A stretch of DNA of 64,000 nucleotides from Candidatus Eiseniibacteriota bacterium (GTDB taxonomy: Bacteria > Eisenbacteria > RBG-16-71-46 > CAVPCR01). The stretch spans positions 416,001 through 480,000 of the forward strand of contig CAVPCR010000004.1 of the NCBI GenBank assembly GCA_963702435.1, given 5' to 3'. Shown here piece after piece: positions 20,309 through 31,264 of this stretch; positions within the stretch are counted from its first letter, which is position 1, and the number at the start of each line of letters is the position of its first letter. The notes beneath the pieces are model-generated. The model searched no databases, was not told the origin of the DNA, and worked only from the letters and a program-made list of their open reading frames with translations. Position numbers and translations under genes: made by a program.

Positions 20309-22134
20309 CTTCCGTGTACCTCGTTGCCGGGGGTTCGGCCGCTGACCCGGGGAAGCCGCTGACTCCCGCCCCGATAGTCCTGGCATCGATCGTGATCCGG
20401 TCCCGGGGGCGTGGTCGCATCTCTCGGCAACGACCCGAAGACGCGGGCCGCGGGCACCCGTCTGTCCGCTACCGGCGCCCGCACCGGTGTCTACCGGCCG
20501 CGCCGTCCCCAGGCCTCGCCGCTCTACCGGCTGATCGAGGAGCACTTCGAGCGGGTGGCCACGGCATGGGAGGAGCGCTACGAGCCGCGCTACGGTCGGT
20601 GGCGGCCGGTCATGCGCGCGGTGGTCGAGAAGTTTCTCGATTGCGGCTTGCTCGAGCCGGGCTTCGCGCGGGTGCGTTGCGGCGACTGCGGGGCCGAGTT
20701 CCTGCTTGCCTTCAGCTGCAAGTGCCGCTACTTCTGTCCGTCCTGCCACGCCAAGCGCCTGGCCCTCTGGTGCGACTGGCTCGAGCGCGAGCTCCTGCTG
20801 CCGATCCCGCATCGGCAGTACGTCTTCACCGTCCCCAAGCGCCTGCGACCCTACTTCCTCTACGACCGCCGTCTGCTCGGGCTGTTGAGCCGTGTCGCCT
20901 ACGACACCATGCGCGACTTCATGCGCGCCACCCTCGGCGCGGATGACGTCGTCCCCGGCGTCATCTCCTCGATCCAGACCCATGGCACGCTCGCCAACTG
21001 GCATCCCCACCTGCACGTGCTCGCCACCGACGGCGCCTTTCGGCCCGACGGCACGTTCGTGCCGCTCGGTGTTCACTCGCTCGCGGTGCTGACCGAGGCG
21101 TTCCGCCGCGCCGTGCTCCGCGCCTTCGTCCAGCGCGGCCTGTTCAGCGCCGAGGTGGCCGCCTCCATGCTCGCCTGGCCCCACTCCGGCTTCCATGTCC
21201 ACAACGCCGTGCGGCTCGATGGGGATGACCTCGGCGGCCTCTTGCCGCTCGCTCGCTACGCAGCCCGCGCCCCCCTCGCCCTCACCCGCCTCACCTACGA
21301 CGCTGCAAAGCCGCAGGTCTTCGTCATCTCCGACAAGGCCGAAGGGCCCACCGCCGGGACGCATGCCTTCGCTCCTCTCGACTTCCTTGCCCAGCTCCTC
21401 ACCCACATCCCGCGCCAGGGCGAACACCTCGTGCGCTACTACGGCGCGTATGCGAGCCGCACCCGCGGCACCTGGCGCCGGCAAGGGATCGGCCCCTGGG
21501 TCGAGCGGCAGCGCGGCGAGGGGGACCAAGAGGACGAGCCACCGGGTGCACCCCGCGATGCCAACGCTGATCCTGGCGGTGACCCGGTGGTGCCACCTCC
21601 GGAACCGCTATCCCCATCGCGGGCCGCGCTCAGGAAGCGCTGGGCGGAACTCCTCCGTCGCCTCTACGAGGTCGATCCGCTGAGTTGCCCGCGGTGCGGG
21701 GGCGAGATGCGGATCATCGCCTTCCTCCTCGATCCACCGGTGATCGACGCCATCCTCCGCCACCTCCGCCGCGCTGCCTACGACGCGCGGGCCGGCCCGT
21801 GGGCGGAGGTGGTTGGGAGCAATGCGGTGGCGGGGGACGCCGGCCCGGCGGGGTGCGGCTAGCCCGGCCGGCCGCGGCCAGCGCGCGGTTTGGGGTGCTG
21901 CCGATCACCATCGGCAGCGCGAGGGGAGAGGCGCGCCCAGCCGCGACCGGGCGTCGGTCGGCAGGGCCGCATCGCGGTGCGGCGGCCGCGGCCACCCCGC
22001 GGCAACGTCGGGCCACGACGCGCAGTCGCCGGTCACGCCACGCCGCGGACGCCTCCCGGTCGGTCGCGCGCGCGGCTTGGCTCCCCCTTCTCCTCCTCCT
22101 CCCAGGCTATTGACGAAAGGAAATCCCTATCCCT
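20309..22134 (+). mobile_element. IS91/ISCR-like copy 3, apparently full length
   Basis: Homology with inverted copy 5 begins at cttccgtg (20309) and the copy ends aaatccctatccct. No terminal inverted repeats. Confidence 0.9.
20411..21862 (+). CDS. IS91/ISCR-family HUH rolling-circle transposase
   Basis: Zn domain CGDC...SCKCRYFCPSC, HRQYVFTVPKRLR, HUH motif HPHLH, single-Tyr ARYAAR as in ISCR, VRYYG, CPRCGGEMRIIAF. Confidence 0.95.
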   Translation: MVASLGNDPKTRAAGTRLSATGARTGVYRPRRPQASPLYRLIEEHFERVATAWEERYEPRYGRWRPVMRAVVEKFLDCGLLEPGFARVRCGDCGAEFLLAFSCKCRYFCPSCHAKRLALWCDWLERELLLPIPHRQYVFTVPKRLRPYFLYDRRLLGLLSRVAYDTMRDFMRATLGADDVVPGVISSIQTHGTLANWHPHLHVLATDGAFRPDGTFVPLGVHSLAVLTEAFRRAVLRAFVQRGLFSAEVAASMLAWPHSGFHVHNAVRLDGDDLGGLLPLARYAARAPLALTRLTYDAAKPQVFVISDKAEGPTAGTHAFAPLDFLAQLLTHIPRQGEHLVRYYGAYASRTRGTWRRQGIGPWVERQRGEGDQEDEPPGAPRDANADPGGDPVVPPPEPLSPSRAALRKRWAELLRRLYEVDPLSCPRCGGEMRIIAFLLDPPVIDAILRHLRRAAYDARAGPWAEVVGSNAVAGDAGPAGCG

Positions 22135-22901
22135 AACAGGTCATGGAGACCTTCGGCCGCAACCTCGGCGTGAAGGTCGTGCACGTGGACGCTGCGGAGA
22201 ATTTCCTGGGCGAGCTTGCCGGCGTGGCCGATCCCGAGCAGAAGCGCCGCGTCATCGGGCGCATCTTCGTCGAGGTGTTCCAGCGCGAGGCGGCGAAGCT
22301 CCCCAAGGCGCGCTGGCTCGCGCAGGGCACCATCTACCCCGACGTCATCGAGTCGGCCGGCGGCAAGACCAAGAAGGCGCACACCATCAAGAGCCACCAC
22401 AACGTGGGCGGTCTCCCCGAGACGCTGAACCTCAAGCTGCTCGAGCCGCTGCGCGAGCTCTTCAAGGACGAGGTGCGGGAGCTGGGCATCGCGCTGGGCC
22501 TCGCGCACGAGATGGTCTACCGCCACCCGTTCCCGGGGCCGGGGCTGGGCGTGCGCATTTTGGGCGAGGTGAAGCGCGAGTACGCGGAGCTCCTGCGGCG
22601 CGCCGACGCGATCTTCATCGACGAGCTGCGCGCCGCCGACTGGTACGACAAGACCTCGCAGGCCTTCGCCGTGTTCCTGCCCGTGAAGTCCGTGGGCGTG
22701 ATGGGCGACGGGCGGACCTACGAGTACGTCGTCGCGCTGCGCGCCGTCCAGACGCAGGACTTCATGACCGCCCACTGGGCCGAGCTTCCCCACGCGCTGC
22801 TGGGCAAGGTCTCCAACCGCATCATCAACGAGGTGCGGGGCATCAACCGCGTCGTCTACGACATCTCCGGCAAGCCCCCCGCCACTATTGAGTGGGAGTA
22901 G
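22135..22901 (+). pseudogene. guaA: GMP synthase, 3' half only
   Basis: [63 protein letters not shown]. The GATase domain and SGGVDS motif are missing; it starts at the IS end. Confidence 0.95.
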
Positions 22902-23068
22902 GGGGTCTGCGCTCCTGATTGCGCGTCCACCGGGCGTGGTGCCGATCGCAATAGCCGCGATGCCGTTCCGTCCTGATTGGCAAGCGTCGTTGGCCCGTCG
23001 GGGGCGACCGGTGTCAGGAGGATCCTCACGCAGCTGGCGACCAGAGCTGCCTTGCCGATGGACCCTGC

Positions 23069-25861
23069 TCAGGCGCGTCTTCGATTGCGGATCAACTTCT
23101 CCACAGAGATCACCGGCAGGATGATCGCGCCGGCCAATGCGCTGAAGAGAAGCGACTGCACGGTCAGCGGGAAGGTGGAGAAGATCGCCTGCATCGGCGG
23201 GGCGTAGATGAACAGCGCTTGCAGGGCCAGGACCGCGGCGATGCCGATGAACACCGTCTTGTTGCTGAAGAAGCCGATTCTGAAGATCGAGTCCTTCAGC
23301 GAGCGGCAGCTCAGCATGTAGAAGACCTGGAACATGATCACCGTGGTGACCGCCATCGTCTGCGCCTCGCTCACGATCTGGGCTTCGGTCAGACCGGTGC
23401 TTGCGCGGGTGGCCATCTCCAGCTCGTACCTCCAGAGGAAGAGGCCCACGGCGCCGGCGGCCATGAGAGTGGCCGCCAGGAAGGTGCGGAACACCACGAA
23501 CTTGTTCAGCACCGGCTCCTTCGGGTCGCGCGGCGGGCGGTTCATCACGTCCGGCTCCTTCGCCTCGAAGGCAAGCGGCAGGGCGAGAGCCACGGCGGCG
23601 ACCAGGTTGATCCAGAGCAGCTGGGTCGGCAACATCGGCAGCAGCAGGTCCTTGACCACCTGGCCGTCGAAGGTCTTCTCGACCAGCGGGAAGAACGCGA
23701 CCGCATAGATCAGGATCAGCGCGAGGCCGAGGTTGGTGGGCAGTACGAACGCCAGCGACTTGATGAGGTTGTCGTAGACGCGGCGGCCTTCTTCCACCGC
23801 CGCGGCGATGGAGGCGAAGTTGTCGTCCGTGAGCACGATGTCGGCGGCTTCCTTGGAAACCGAGGTGCCGGTGATCCCCATCGCCACGCCGATGTTCGAC
23901 TGCTTGAGCGCGGGCGCGTCGTTCACCCCGTCGCCGGTCATCGCCGTCACCTGGCCGTTGTCTTGCAGGGCGCGCACGAGGCGCAGCTTGTGCTCGGGGG
24001 CCACGCGGGCGAAGACGTTGTGGTCCTTCACGATCTCGCGCATGGCGGTCTCGTCCATCTCGGCGAGCTGGACGCCGGTCACGGCCTTGGCGCCATGCTT
24101 GGCGATGCCCAGCTGTTCACCAATGGCCTGGGCGGTGCCCATGTGGTCGCCGGTGATCATCTTGACCGTGATGCCGGCCTGGTGGCAGGCGCGGATGGCG
24201 TCGATCACCTCGGTGCGCGGCGGGTCGATCATGGCCTGCAGGCCGGTGAACTCGAAGCCCTGGGCGCAGTCTTCCATGGTCAGTCCGGCGCGGTCGAACC
24301 GCTTCTCGGCAAAGCCGAGCACGCGCATGCCCTCGTTCGCGAACGCCTCCACGTGGTGGATCACCGTGTCCGGGTCCACGTTGCCGCAGCGCCTCAACAC
24401 CATCTCGGGCGCGCCCTTGATGATGATCTTCTGGCCCTCGGCGCCCCAGTCGTGCAGCGTGGCCATGAACTGGTTGGCGCTCTCGAACGGGATCGTGTCG
24501 AGGCGAGCGTGGCGCATGCGGGCGTTCGGGGTGTGGATGCCGAACTTCTCTCCAGCGGTCACGAGCGCGCCTTCGGTCGGGTCTCCGGTGATCTGCCAGC
24601 GGCCTTCCTTCTGCTCCAGGGTAGCGTCGCAGCAGAGGATGCCGGCCAGCAGCAGTTCGTGCACGTCGTTGGAGGTGGGGGTGAGGGGGTCGCCATCCTT
24701 CGACAGGCGGCCGACGGGCTCATAGCCCGCGCCCTCCACGCGGTACACGCCCGACCCCGGCAGATAGAGCGCCTGCACCGTCATCTCGTTGCGCGTGAGG
24801 GTGCCGGTCTTGTCCGAGCAGATCACGGTGGTGCTGCCCAGCGTCTCCACCGAAGGCAGCTTGCGCACCACGGCGCGACGGGCGGCCATGCGCTGCACGC
24901 CGATGGCCAGCGCGATGGTCACGATGGCGGGCAAGCCCTCGGGAATGGCGCCCACCGCCAGCGTGATGGCGAAGATGACCGATTCGCGCAGGCCGGTCAG
25001 CAGCTCCACGCCGCCTTCCAACATCGCCCGGGCCGTGCCCACGAAGAGGATCACCACCGAGATCACCGCGATACCGACGGTGAGCACGATGCCGATCTTG
25101 TGCAAGGCGATGCTCAGCGGGGTCTCCATCGCGGTGGCCTCGCCCAGCATCGCGTTGATGCGGCCGAGTTCGGTGCCGTTTCCGGTGGTGGTCACCATGC
25201 CCAGGCCCGTCCCGTAGGTCACCAGCGAGCCGCTGAACGCCATGTTCCTGCGGTCGCCCAGGCCGGCGTTCTCGGCCACGGGTTCGGTCATCTTCTCCAC
25301 CGGAACCGACTCGCCGGTCAGCGCCGCCTCCTCGATCTGCAGCGTGCGCAAGTGGAAGAGGCGCATGTCGGCGGGCACCTTGTCGCCGCTTTGCAGGAAC
25401 ACCACGTCGCCGCGCACCAGATCGGCCACCGGCAACTGCACGCGCTTGCCGTCGCGTTGAACGGTGGCGAACTCCGGCACCATCGCGCTCAGGCTTTCGA
25501 TCGCCTTGCTCGCCTTGTATTCCTGCGCGAAGCCGATGATCGTGTTGATGATCACCACCGCCAGGATCACGAGGCCGTTCTTGATGCCGTCGGCCGGGTC
25601 GACCAGCATCGCTATCACCGCGCTGCCGATCAGCACCCAGATCAGCGGGTTGTTGATCTGGCGCCAGATCAGCTCCATGACTGACGCACCGCCCTTCTTG
25701 TCCAGCACGTTGGGGCCGAACTGGGTCAGGCGCTTCTGGGCCTCGTCGTTGGCCAGTCCGTCCCGAGTCGCGCTCAGGGCGGACAGCACATCATCAGGCG
25801 TCTGGGCGTGCCACGGGCGGTTGGCCGCTCCCTGCGAGCGCTTGTCGAATGAATAGACCAC
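23069..25861 (-). CDS. P2-type cation-transporting ATPase (probable Mn2+/Ca2+ exporter)
   Basis: [38 protein letters not shown] start after GAGGAG. Confidence 0.93.
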   Translation of the reverse strand: MVYSFDKRSQGAANRPWHAQTPDDVLSALSATRDGLANDEAQKRLTQFGPNVLDKKGGASVMELIWRQINNPLIWVLIGSAVIAMLVDPADGIKNGLVILAVVIINTIIGFAQEYKASKAIESLSAMVPEFATVQRDGKRVQLPVADLVRGDVVFLQSGDKVPADMRLFHLRTLQIEEAALTGESVPVEKMTEPVAENAGLGDRRNMAFSGSLVTYGTGLGMVTTTGNGTELGRINAMLGEATAMETPLSIALHKIGIVLTVGIAVISVVILFVGTARAMLEGGVELLTGLRESVIFAITLAVGAIPEGLPAIVTIALAIGVQRMAARRAVVRKLPSVETLGSTTVICSDKTGTLTRNEMTVQALYLPGSGVYRVEGAGYEPVGRLSKDGDPLTPTSNDVHELLLAGILCCDATLEQKEGRWQITGDPTEGALVTAGEKFGIHTPNARMRHARLDTIPFESANQFMATLHDWGAEGQKIIIKGAPEMVLRRCGNVDPDTVIHHVEAFANEGMRVLGFAEKRFDRAGLTMEDCAQGFEFTGLQAMIDPPRTEVIDAIRACHQAGITVKMITGDHMGTAQAIGEQLGIAKHGAKAVTGVQLAEMDETAMREIVKDHNVFARVAPEHKLRLVRALQDNGQVTAMTGDGVNDAPALKQSNIGVAMGITGTSVSKEAADIVLTDDNFASIAAAVEEGRRVYDNLIKSLAFVLPTNLGLALILIYAVAFFPLVEKTFDGQVVKDLLLPMLPTQLLWINLVAAVALALPLAFEAKEPDVMNRPPRDPKEPVLNKFVVFRTFLAATLMAAGAVGLFLWRYELEMATRASTGLTEAQIVSEAQTMAVTTVIMFQVFYMLSCRSLKDSIFRIGFFSNKTVFIGIAAVLALQALFIYAPPMQAIFSTFPLTVQSLLFSALAGAIILPVISVEKLIRNRRRA

Positions 25862-25919
25862 TGCTTCGCTCCTCAATGCGTCAACGCGACAGCGTTGGCG
25901 CGGGCGTCTACATGAGGTC

Positions 25920-26030
25920 GCGTTGGTCTTGCGTCGCCGCGTTCGCCTTCGGCGGGCGGCGTGCCCCGGGCGGATCCGTCTCCAGACCGTGTTGACGCCC
26001 GAAAGCCACTTGGGAGCTACTCCCCAGCAC
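25920..26030 (-). ncRNA. yybP-ykoY (Mn2+) riboswitch
   Basis: Minus strand reads gtgctggGGAGTAGC...CGTCAACAC...GCAAGAccaacgc, with P1 gtgctgg/ccaacgc, about 60 nt upstream of a P-type ATPase. Confidence 0.8.
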
Positions 26031-26186
26031 GTCCTATCGAAAGCACATGATACCTGTTAGAGGCCAAGCAATACGGGCTCATCTCGTCGCGGCAATTACG
26101 ACTTCAACGACGATCCGGGCCATCCGAAGTGGGTCATCCGAGCGGGTCAGTGAATCCTACGGCGCGGATCCAAGCGCGAAGATGTT

Positions 26187-27471
26187 CCTACTTCCTCTAC
26201 GACCGCCGTCTGCTCGGGCTGTTGAGCCGTGTCGCCTACGACACCCTGCGCGACTTCATGCGCGCCACCCTCGGCGCGGATGACGTCGTCCCCGGCGTCA
26301 TCTCCTCGATCCAGACCCATGGCACGCTCGCCAACTGGCATCCCCACCTGCACGTGCTCGCCACCGACGGCGCCTTTCGGCCCGACGGCACGTTCGTGCC
26401 GCTCGGTGTTCACTCGCTCGCGGTGCTGACCGAGGCGTTCCGCCGCGCCGTGCTCCGCGCCTTCGTCCAGCGCGGCCTGTTCAGCGCCGAGGTGGCCGCC
26501 TCCATGCGCGCCTGGCCCCACTCCGGCTTCCATGTCCACAACGCCGTGCGGCTCGATGGGGATGACCTCGGCGGCCTCTTGCCGCTCGCTCGCTACGCAG
26601 CCCGCGCCCCCCTCGCCCTCACCCGCATCACCTACGACGCTGCAAAGCCGCAGGTCCTGGTTGCCTCCGACAAGGCCGAAGGGCCCACCGCCGGGACGCA
26701 TGCCTTCGCTCCTCTCGACTTCCTTGCCCAGCTCCTCACCCACATCCCGCGCCAGGGCGAACACCTCGTGCGCTACTACGGCGCGTATGCGAGCCGCACC
26801 CGCGGCACCTGGCGCCGGCAAGGGATCGGCCCCTGGGTCGAGCGGCAGCGCGGCGAGGGGGACCAAGAGGACGAGCCACCGGGTGCACCCCGCGATGCCA
26901 ACGCTGATCCTGGCGGTGACCCGGTGGTGCCACCTCCGGAACCGCTATCCCCATCGCGGGCCGCGCTCAGGAAGCGCTGGGCGGAACTCCTCCGTCGCCT
27001 CTACGAGGTCGATCCGCTGAGTTGCCCGCGGTGCGGGGGCGAGATGCGGATCATCGCCTTCCTCCTCGATCCACCGGTGATCGACGCCATCCTCCGCCAC
27101 CTCCGCCGCGCTGCCTACGACGCGCGGGCCGGCCCGTGGGCGGAGGTGGTTGGGAGCAATGCGGTGGCGGGGGACGCCGGCCCGGCGGGGTGCGGCTAGC
27201 CCGGCCGGCCGCGGCCAGCGCGCGGTTGGGGGTGCTGCCGATCACCATCGGCAGCGCGAGGGGAGAGGCGCGCCCAGCCGCGACCGGGCGTCGGTCGGCA
27301 GGGCCGCATCGCGGTGCGGCGGCCGCGGCCACCCCGCGGCAACGTCGGGCCACGACGCGCAGTCGCCGGTCACGCCACGCCGCGGACGCCTCCCGGTCGG
27401 TCGCGCGCGCGGCTTGGCTCCCCCTTCTCCTCCTCCTCCCAGGCTATTGACGAAAGGAAATTCCTATCCCT
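26187..27471 (+). mobile_element. IS91/ISCR-like copy 4 (5'-truncated, Zn domain missing)
   Basis: Identity starts at cctacttcctctacgacc and ends at aattcctatccct, followed by one extra TATCCCT (27472-27478). Confidence 0.9.
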
Positions 27472-27602
27472 TATCCCTAGGAATCGCGCGTCCGAACCGC
27501 GCGTTGAAGTCCGTGGACCAGCACAGTGGCCCAGTTCACCTGGCCAGCGCCCAGCCCGGCAACGGACTTGAGAAATCTAAAGTAATGGTTTAGATTACTC
27601 AC

Positions 27603-28775
27603 ATGCCCTACATTCCACGCCTCCTCGAACAGGAGATCCTGCGCGCAACGCGGCACTTTCCGGCGCTCATCTTGACCGGCCCGCGCCGAGCCGGAAAGAC
27701 GACCCTGCTCCGCCACCTCTTCCCCGAAGCCTCATACTTTCTGCTGGAGGATCCAGACGTCGTCGCCCGCATTCGCTCCGACCCGCGGGGCTTCATGGCC
27801 GAGATACAGCCGCCGGCCATCCTCGACGAGATCCAGAACGTGCCGGAGATCCTGAGTTACGTGCGGACGCGCGTCGACGCGGCGCCGAGCCGGAAGGGGC
27901 GATGGATTCTCACTGGCTCTCAGGAGGCGGCGCTCATGCAGGGCGTCACCGAGTCTCTGGCGGGTCGAGCGGCGGTGTTCCATCTTCTTCCGCTCTCTAC
28001 CCAGGAGGCGCCAAAGGTCTCGCTCCTTCGCGGAGGGTTTCCGGAGGTGCTCGCCAGGCCTTCTGCCGCCAGCACCTGGTTTCGCTCGTACGTGCAAACC
28101 TACCTCGAGCGGGACGTCCGCGCTGTCAGCGCCATTCGCGATCTCGCGACCTACCGTCGATTCCTCGCGCTGCTCGCCAGCCGGTGCGGGCAGATCCTCA
28201 ACAAGACCGACTTGGCCGCACCGCTGGGCGTCTCGGTCCCCACGCTATCCCAGTGGCTGAGCATCCTGGAGATCACCGCGCAGATCATCGTGGTGCCGCC
28301 CTTCTACGAGAACTTTGGCAAGCGGCTCACGAAGTCCCCTAAGCTCTACTTCGTGGACTCGGGGCTTGCTTGCCACCTGCTCGGAATCGACAGCCAACAA
28401 TCGTTGAACCACTCGCCTTTCCTGGGTCCGCTCTTCGAGGGCTTCGTGGCTTCAGAAATCCTCAAGCTGCAGATCGCTCGGGGTCGACGCCGGGAGCTCT
28501 ACTACTTCCGTGATCAGCAGGGGCTCGAGGTGGACTTCGTGGTTCCGGCCGGACACCGGAAGCTCGCGCTCATCGAGGCCAAGGCGTCCCACACCGTCAT
28601 GCCGGCGATGGCCGACCCCCTCGAGCGCCTCGCGCGGGCAGTCTCGCGCTACGAGGTGGTGCGGTTCGTAGTCCATCGGCCCCTGGGCGCGGCAGCTCGC
28701 CTCTCCGCACTGCGCCCAGGGGTGCGTGCCAGCGGAATCGACGCCCTGCTCAGCGTCCTCGAACCTGAGGGTTGA
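27603..28775 (+). CDS. AAA_14 / DUF4143 ATP-binding protein
   Basis: GPRRAGKTT, ILDEIQ, LTGS, ESLAGR, GGFPE, YLERDVR, KSPKLYFVDSG, EVDFV...IEAK. Confidence 0.9.
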   Translation: MPYIPRLLEQEILRATRHFPALILTGPRRAGKTTLLRHLFPEASYFLLEDPDVVARIRSDPRGFMAEIQPPAILDEIQNVPEILSYVRTRVDAAPSRKGRWILTGSQEAALMQGVTESLAGRAAVFHLLPLSTQEAPKVSLLRGGFPEVLARPSAASTWFRSYVQTYLERDVRAVSAIRDLATYRRFLALLASRCGQILNKTDLAAPLGVSVPTLSQWLSILEITAQIIVVPPFYENFGKRLTKSPKLYFVDSGLACHLLGIDSQQSLNHSPFLGPLFEGFVASEILKLQIARGRRRELYYFRDQQGLEVDFVVPAGHRKLALIEAKASHTVMPAMADPLERLARAVSRYEVVRFVVHRPLGAAARLSALRPGVRASGIDALLSVLEPEG

Positions 28776-28941
28776 GATCGGCCTGCGGCAATTGGGGCTG
28801 GCGACCGCACCTTTCCCGGATGAGGTAGACCACCCGAGCACGACGCCCGTCCCCGTGCCCGAGAGTGGTTCGAGCACCGGCACACTCGGGGAGCCATCAT
28901 CGGGAGTCGCGAACTGCAAGCGGCTCCGTGGTTTAACGCGT

Positions 28942-28969
28942 GACCCCGGTGGAGCGATCCGCCGGGGTC
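28942..28969. terminator. GC-rich hairpin between convergent genes
   Basis: gaccccggtgga-gcga-tccgccggggtc. Confidence 0.45.
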
Positions 28970-29110
28970 GGGGGTTCGAGGAACGGAACGCGGCAGCATC
29001 CGGGCAGGCCACCCCGGGGTGCCCGGGGCGTTGAGGGTCACGTCAACCGCGAGGATTCCGTCGACCGGCAGCGCTCCAGTCCTCCACGATCCCGCGCTCG
29101 GGTTCCAGGG

Positions 29111-29854
29111 TTACTTCGCGACCTTCGCGAAGCTGATCTCCTCCACCTTCACCTGCACTTCCTTCTCCGGGGCGTTGACCGTGGTGACGCCCGCATAGTT
29201 GGTGCCGTCGGGCAGCGCCTGGAACTCCACGGTCATGGTCAGCGGGTCCTTGTTCTCGAGCATCGACGAGATTTCGAGGCGCCTGATCTTCTTGCTCGCC
29301 GTGTCGAAGTGCAGGGTCATGTGGTCTCCCGGCTTCACGTAGTCGGTGAACTTGATCTGCGCGAGGTTCGCGCCGGGCGTCGAGAGCGCAGCGCGGCCGC
29401 CGGCGAATGCCTCCTGCATCTTGGTGGACGATGGCGGCACGTACTGGCCGACCAGCGTCTTGATCTCCGCCATGTAGGCCTTCATGTCCTCGATCTTCCC
29501 TTCCGCGGCCTTGCCCTTCAACCCGCGCTTCTTCTCCGGGGGCGGCGGCGGCTCCGTGAGCGGGGCCTTCTGCTGCTTGCCGCTCGCGTCGTAGCTGACC
29601 TGAGCGAGGCTCGTGTTCTTCACCTCGCCCTTCATGGTGAGCGTCGTGCGCTCCACCCACGTGTACTGCTTCATTGCCTCCTGGTTGGCGGCTGCGGCCT
29701 GCTTGGCTGCGGCCACGTTCTGCTTGAGCAGATCCTGGGCGGAGCTCGCCGCCTGGTCCTGCGCACGCACTGCGGGAGCGAGGCTCGCGAGGGCGAGCAG
29801 CATCGCGGAGGCGGCCATCCATCGAATGGCCTTCGACATCCATGTGTGATCCAT
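29111..29854 (-). CDS. Secreted hypothetical protein
   Basis: GAGGAG RBS, signal peptide ending VRA-Q, typical codon bias. Confidence 0.75.
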   Translation of the reverse strand: MDHTWMSKAIRWMAASAMLLALASLAPAVRAQDQAASSAQDLLKQNVAAAKQAAAANQEAMKQYTWVERTTLTMKGEVKNTSLAQVSYDASGKQQKAPLTEPPPPPEKKRGLKGKAAEGKIEDMKAYMAEIKTLVGQYVPPSSTKMQEAFAGGRAALSTPGANLAQIKFTDYVKPGDHMTLHFDTASKKIRRLEISSMLENKDPLTMTVEFQALPDGTNYAGVTTVNAPEKEVQVKVEEISFAKVAK

Positions 29855-29937
29855 TGGTTTTCTCCTCATGTGAGCGATTCAGTCAGCTCGGTTCCTGTCT
29901 TCGTCAGCGGGCGGATGCCCTTGCCTCGCCGGGTCCG

Positions 29938-31212
29938 TTACAGCTTCCACTCCAGGCTGGCGGCTGCGAAGTGCAGCGCCGTGCTGGCGAACTCCCCTGA
30001 GACCCGGCCCGCCAACGGCCCCTTGGACTGGTCGACCGGCAGATCTCCCGACCAGAGGATGGTGTAGCCGAGTCCGAGGTGCAAGGTCGGACCAAGCTGC
30101 AACCTTCCCCCGCCGGCGAACCGATAGGTCTCCCCGACGGCGAAATCGAGGGTCCGATCATCATCGCTGACGGCCGAGGTGTCGTAGGCGAATCCGGTCG
30201 TCAGGAGGAGTCCGGGCGTGACCCTGGCTTCCGCGCCCACTGCTCCGTGCCACGTATCGCGGTACTGGCGATCGGCGGTCACGCTCCCCAGCGTATCAGC
30301 CAGGGAGACCCCCACCTTTCCGAAGCGGTCCCAGTTCTGCCACCCGACGTTGAACATGAGCGACCAGCTGTCGCTCACTGCGCTGTTGACGCTGGTCATC
30401 ACCGTCTGTGGCACTTCCATGCCGAGACCGATCTCGGCGCCCATCACTCCACTTCGTGTGAGCACCCGCTCGAGCACCGGACCCAGGTCCTTGAACTCGG
30501 GCGTGTCCTTGAAGTCGAGGGTTACCGGCGAGAGGTAGGTCATGCCGACCCGCGTCCGCTCGTCGGTCCTCATCATCACGCCGATGCTGGCGCCGACCCC
30601 GGTATCGGAGCTATCGAGGATCAGCTCTCCATCGGCCTCGGCGGTCGCATTGTTCACCTTGACCGTCGTATCGAAGATGCCGTACATCACGTTGAGCCCC
30701 GCTCCGACGCTGAATCGATCGTTCGGGGCGTAGCTCACTGCCGGCATTGTCGTCAGCCCGAGCAAGGTGCCTTTCTGGATGTAGTATCGCCCGACCCACC
30801 CCGAGTCGAACTCCTGCGCCAGGCCGAAGTAGGTGAGGAAACCGACACCGTACCCGAGGCCGGAAGCGTGCCGGCGGGCGTAGAAGAAGCTGCCGCCAGG
30901 GATGGCCCCGATCGGATTCCCGCCGTCATTTCCGTCGACCGTGGTCCTTTCATCCGACACAAATCCGAGATCGCCGTAGAGGAGCTGCCCGTTCACGAGC
31001 AGGTCGCCGCCGTCGAGCGCGCTCATGCCGGCCGGGTTCCGGAAGAGGGTCGCTGCATCGTCCGGCCGCGCGGCCCAGCCGGCTCCCGCGAGCCCGATCT
31101 CCCGCGCGTCGATCTCGTAGAGGATGGCGCCGCCGGCCATGGCGTTCCCGGCGCCGAGGGCGCCGAGCAAGAAGCAGGTTCCAAAGATCGGCACGAGTCT
31201 GCGCCTGCGCAT
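29938..31212 (-). CDS. OmpP1/FadL/TodX outer-membrane transporter
   Basis: GGAILYE...GLAGAG...DDAATLFRNPAGMS, YFGLAQEFDSGWVGRY, C-terminal beta strand; GGAGGT RBS. Confidence 0.88.
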   Translation of the reverse strand: MRRRRLVPIFGTCFLLGALGAGNAMAGGAILYEIDAREIGLAGAGWAARPDDAATLFRNPAGMSALDGGDLLVNGQLLYGDLGFVSDERTTVDGNDGGNPIGAIPGGSFFYARRHASGLGYGVGFLTYFGLAQEFDSGWVGRYYIQKGTLLGLTTMPAVSYAPNDRFSVGAGLNVMYGIFDTTVKVNNATAEADGELILDSSDTGVGASIGVMMRTDERTRVGMTYLSPVTLDFKDTPEFKDLGPVLERVLTRSGVMGAEIGLGMEVPQTVMTSVNSAVSDSWSLMFNVGWQNWDRFGKVGVSLADTLGSVTADRQYRDTWHGAVGAEARVTPGLLLTTGFAYDTSAVSDDDRTLDFAVGETYRFAGGGRLQLGPTLHLGLGYTILWSGDLPVDQSKGPLAGRVSGEFASTALHFAAASLEWKL

Positions 31213-31264
31213 GACTACCTCCCGAGCCGCCGCCGGCCTGGCGGCGGCCGCGGCCATTCCACCC

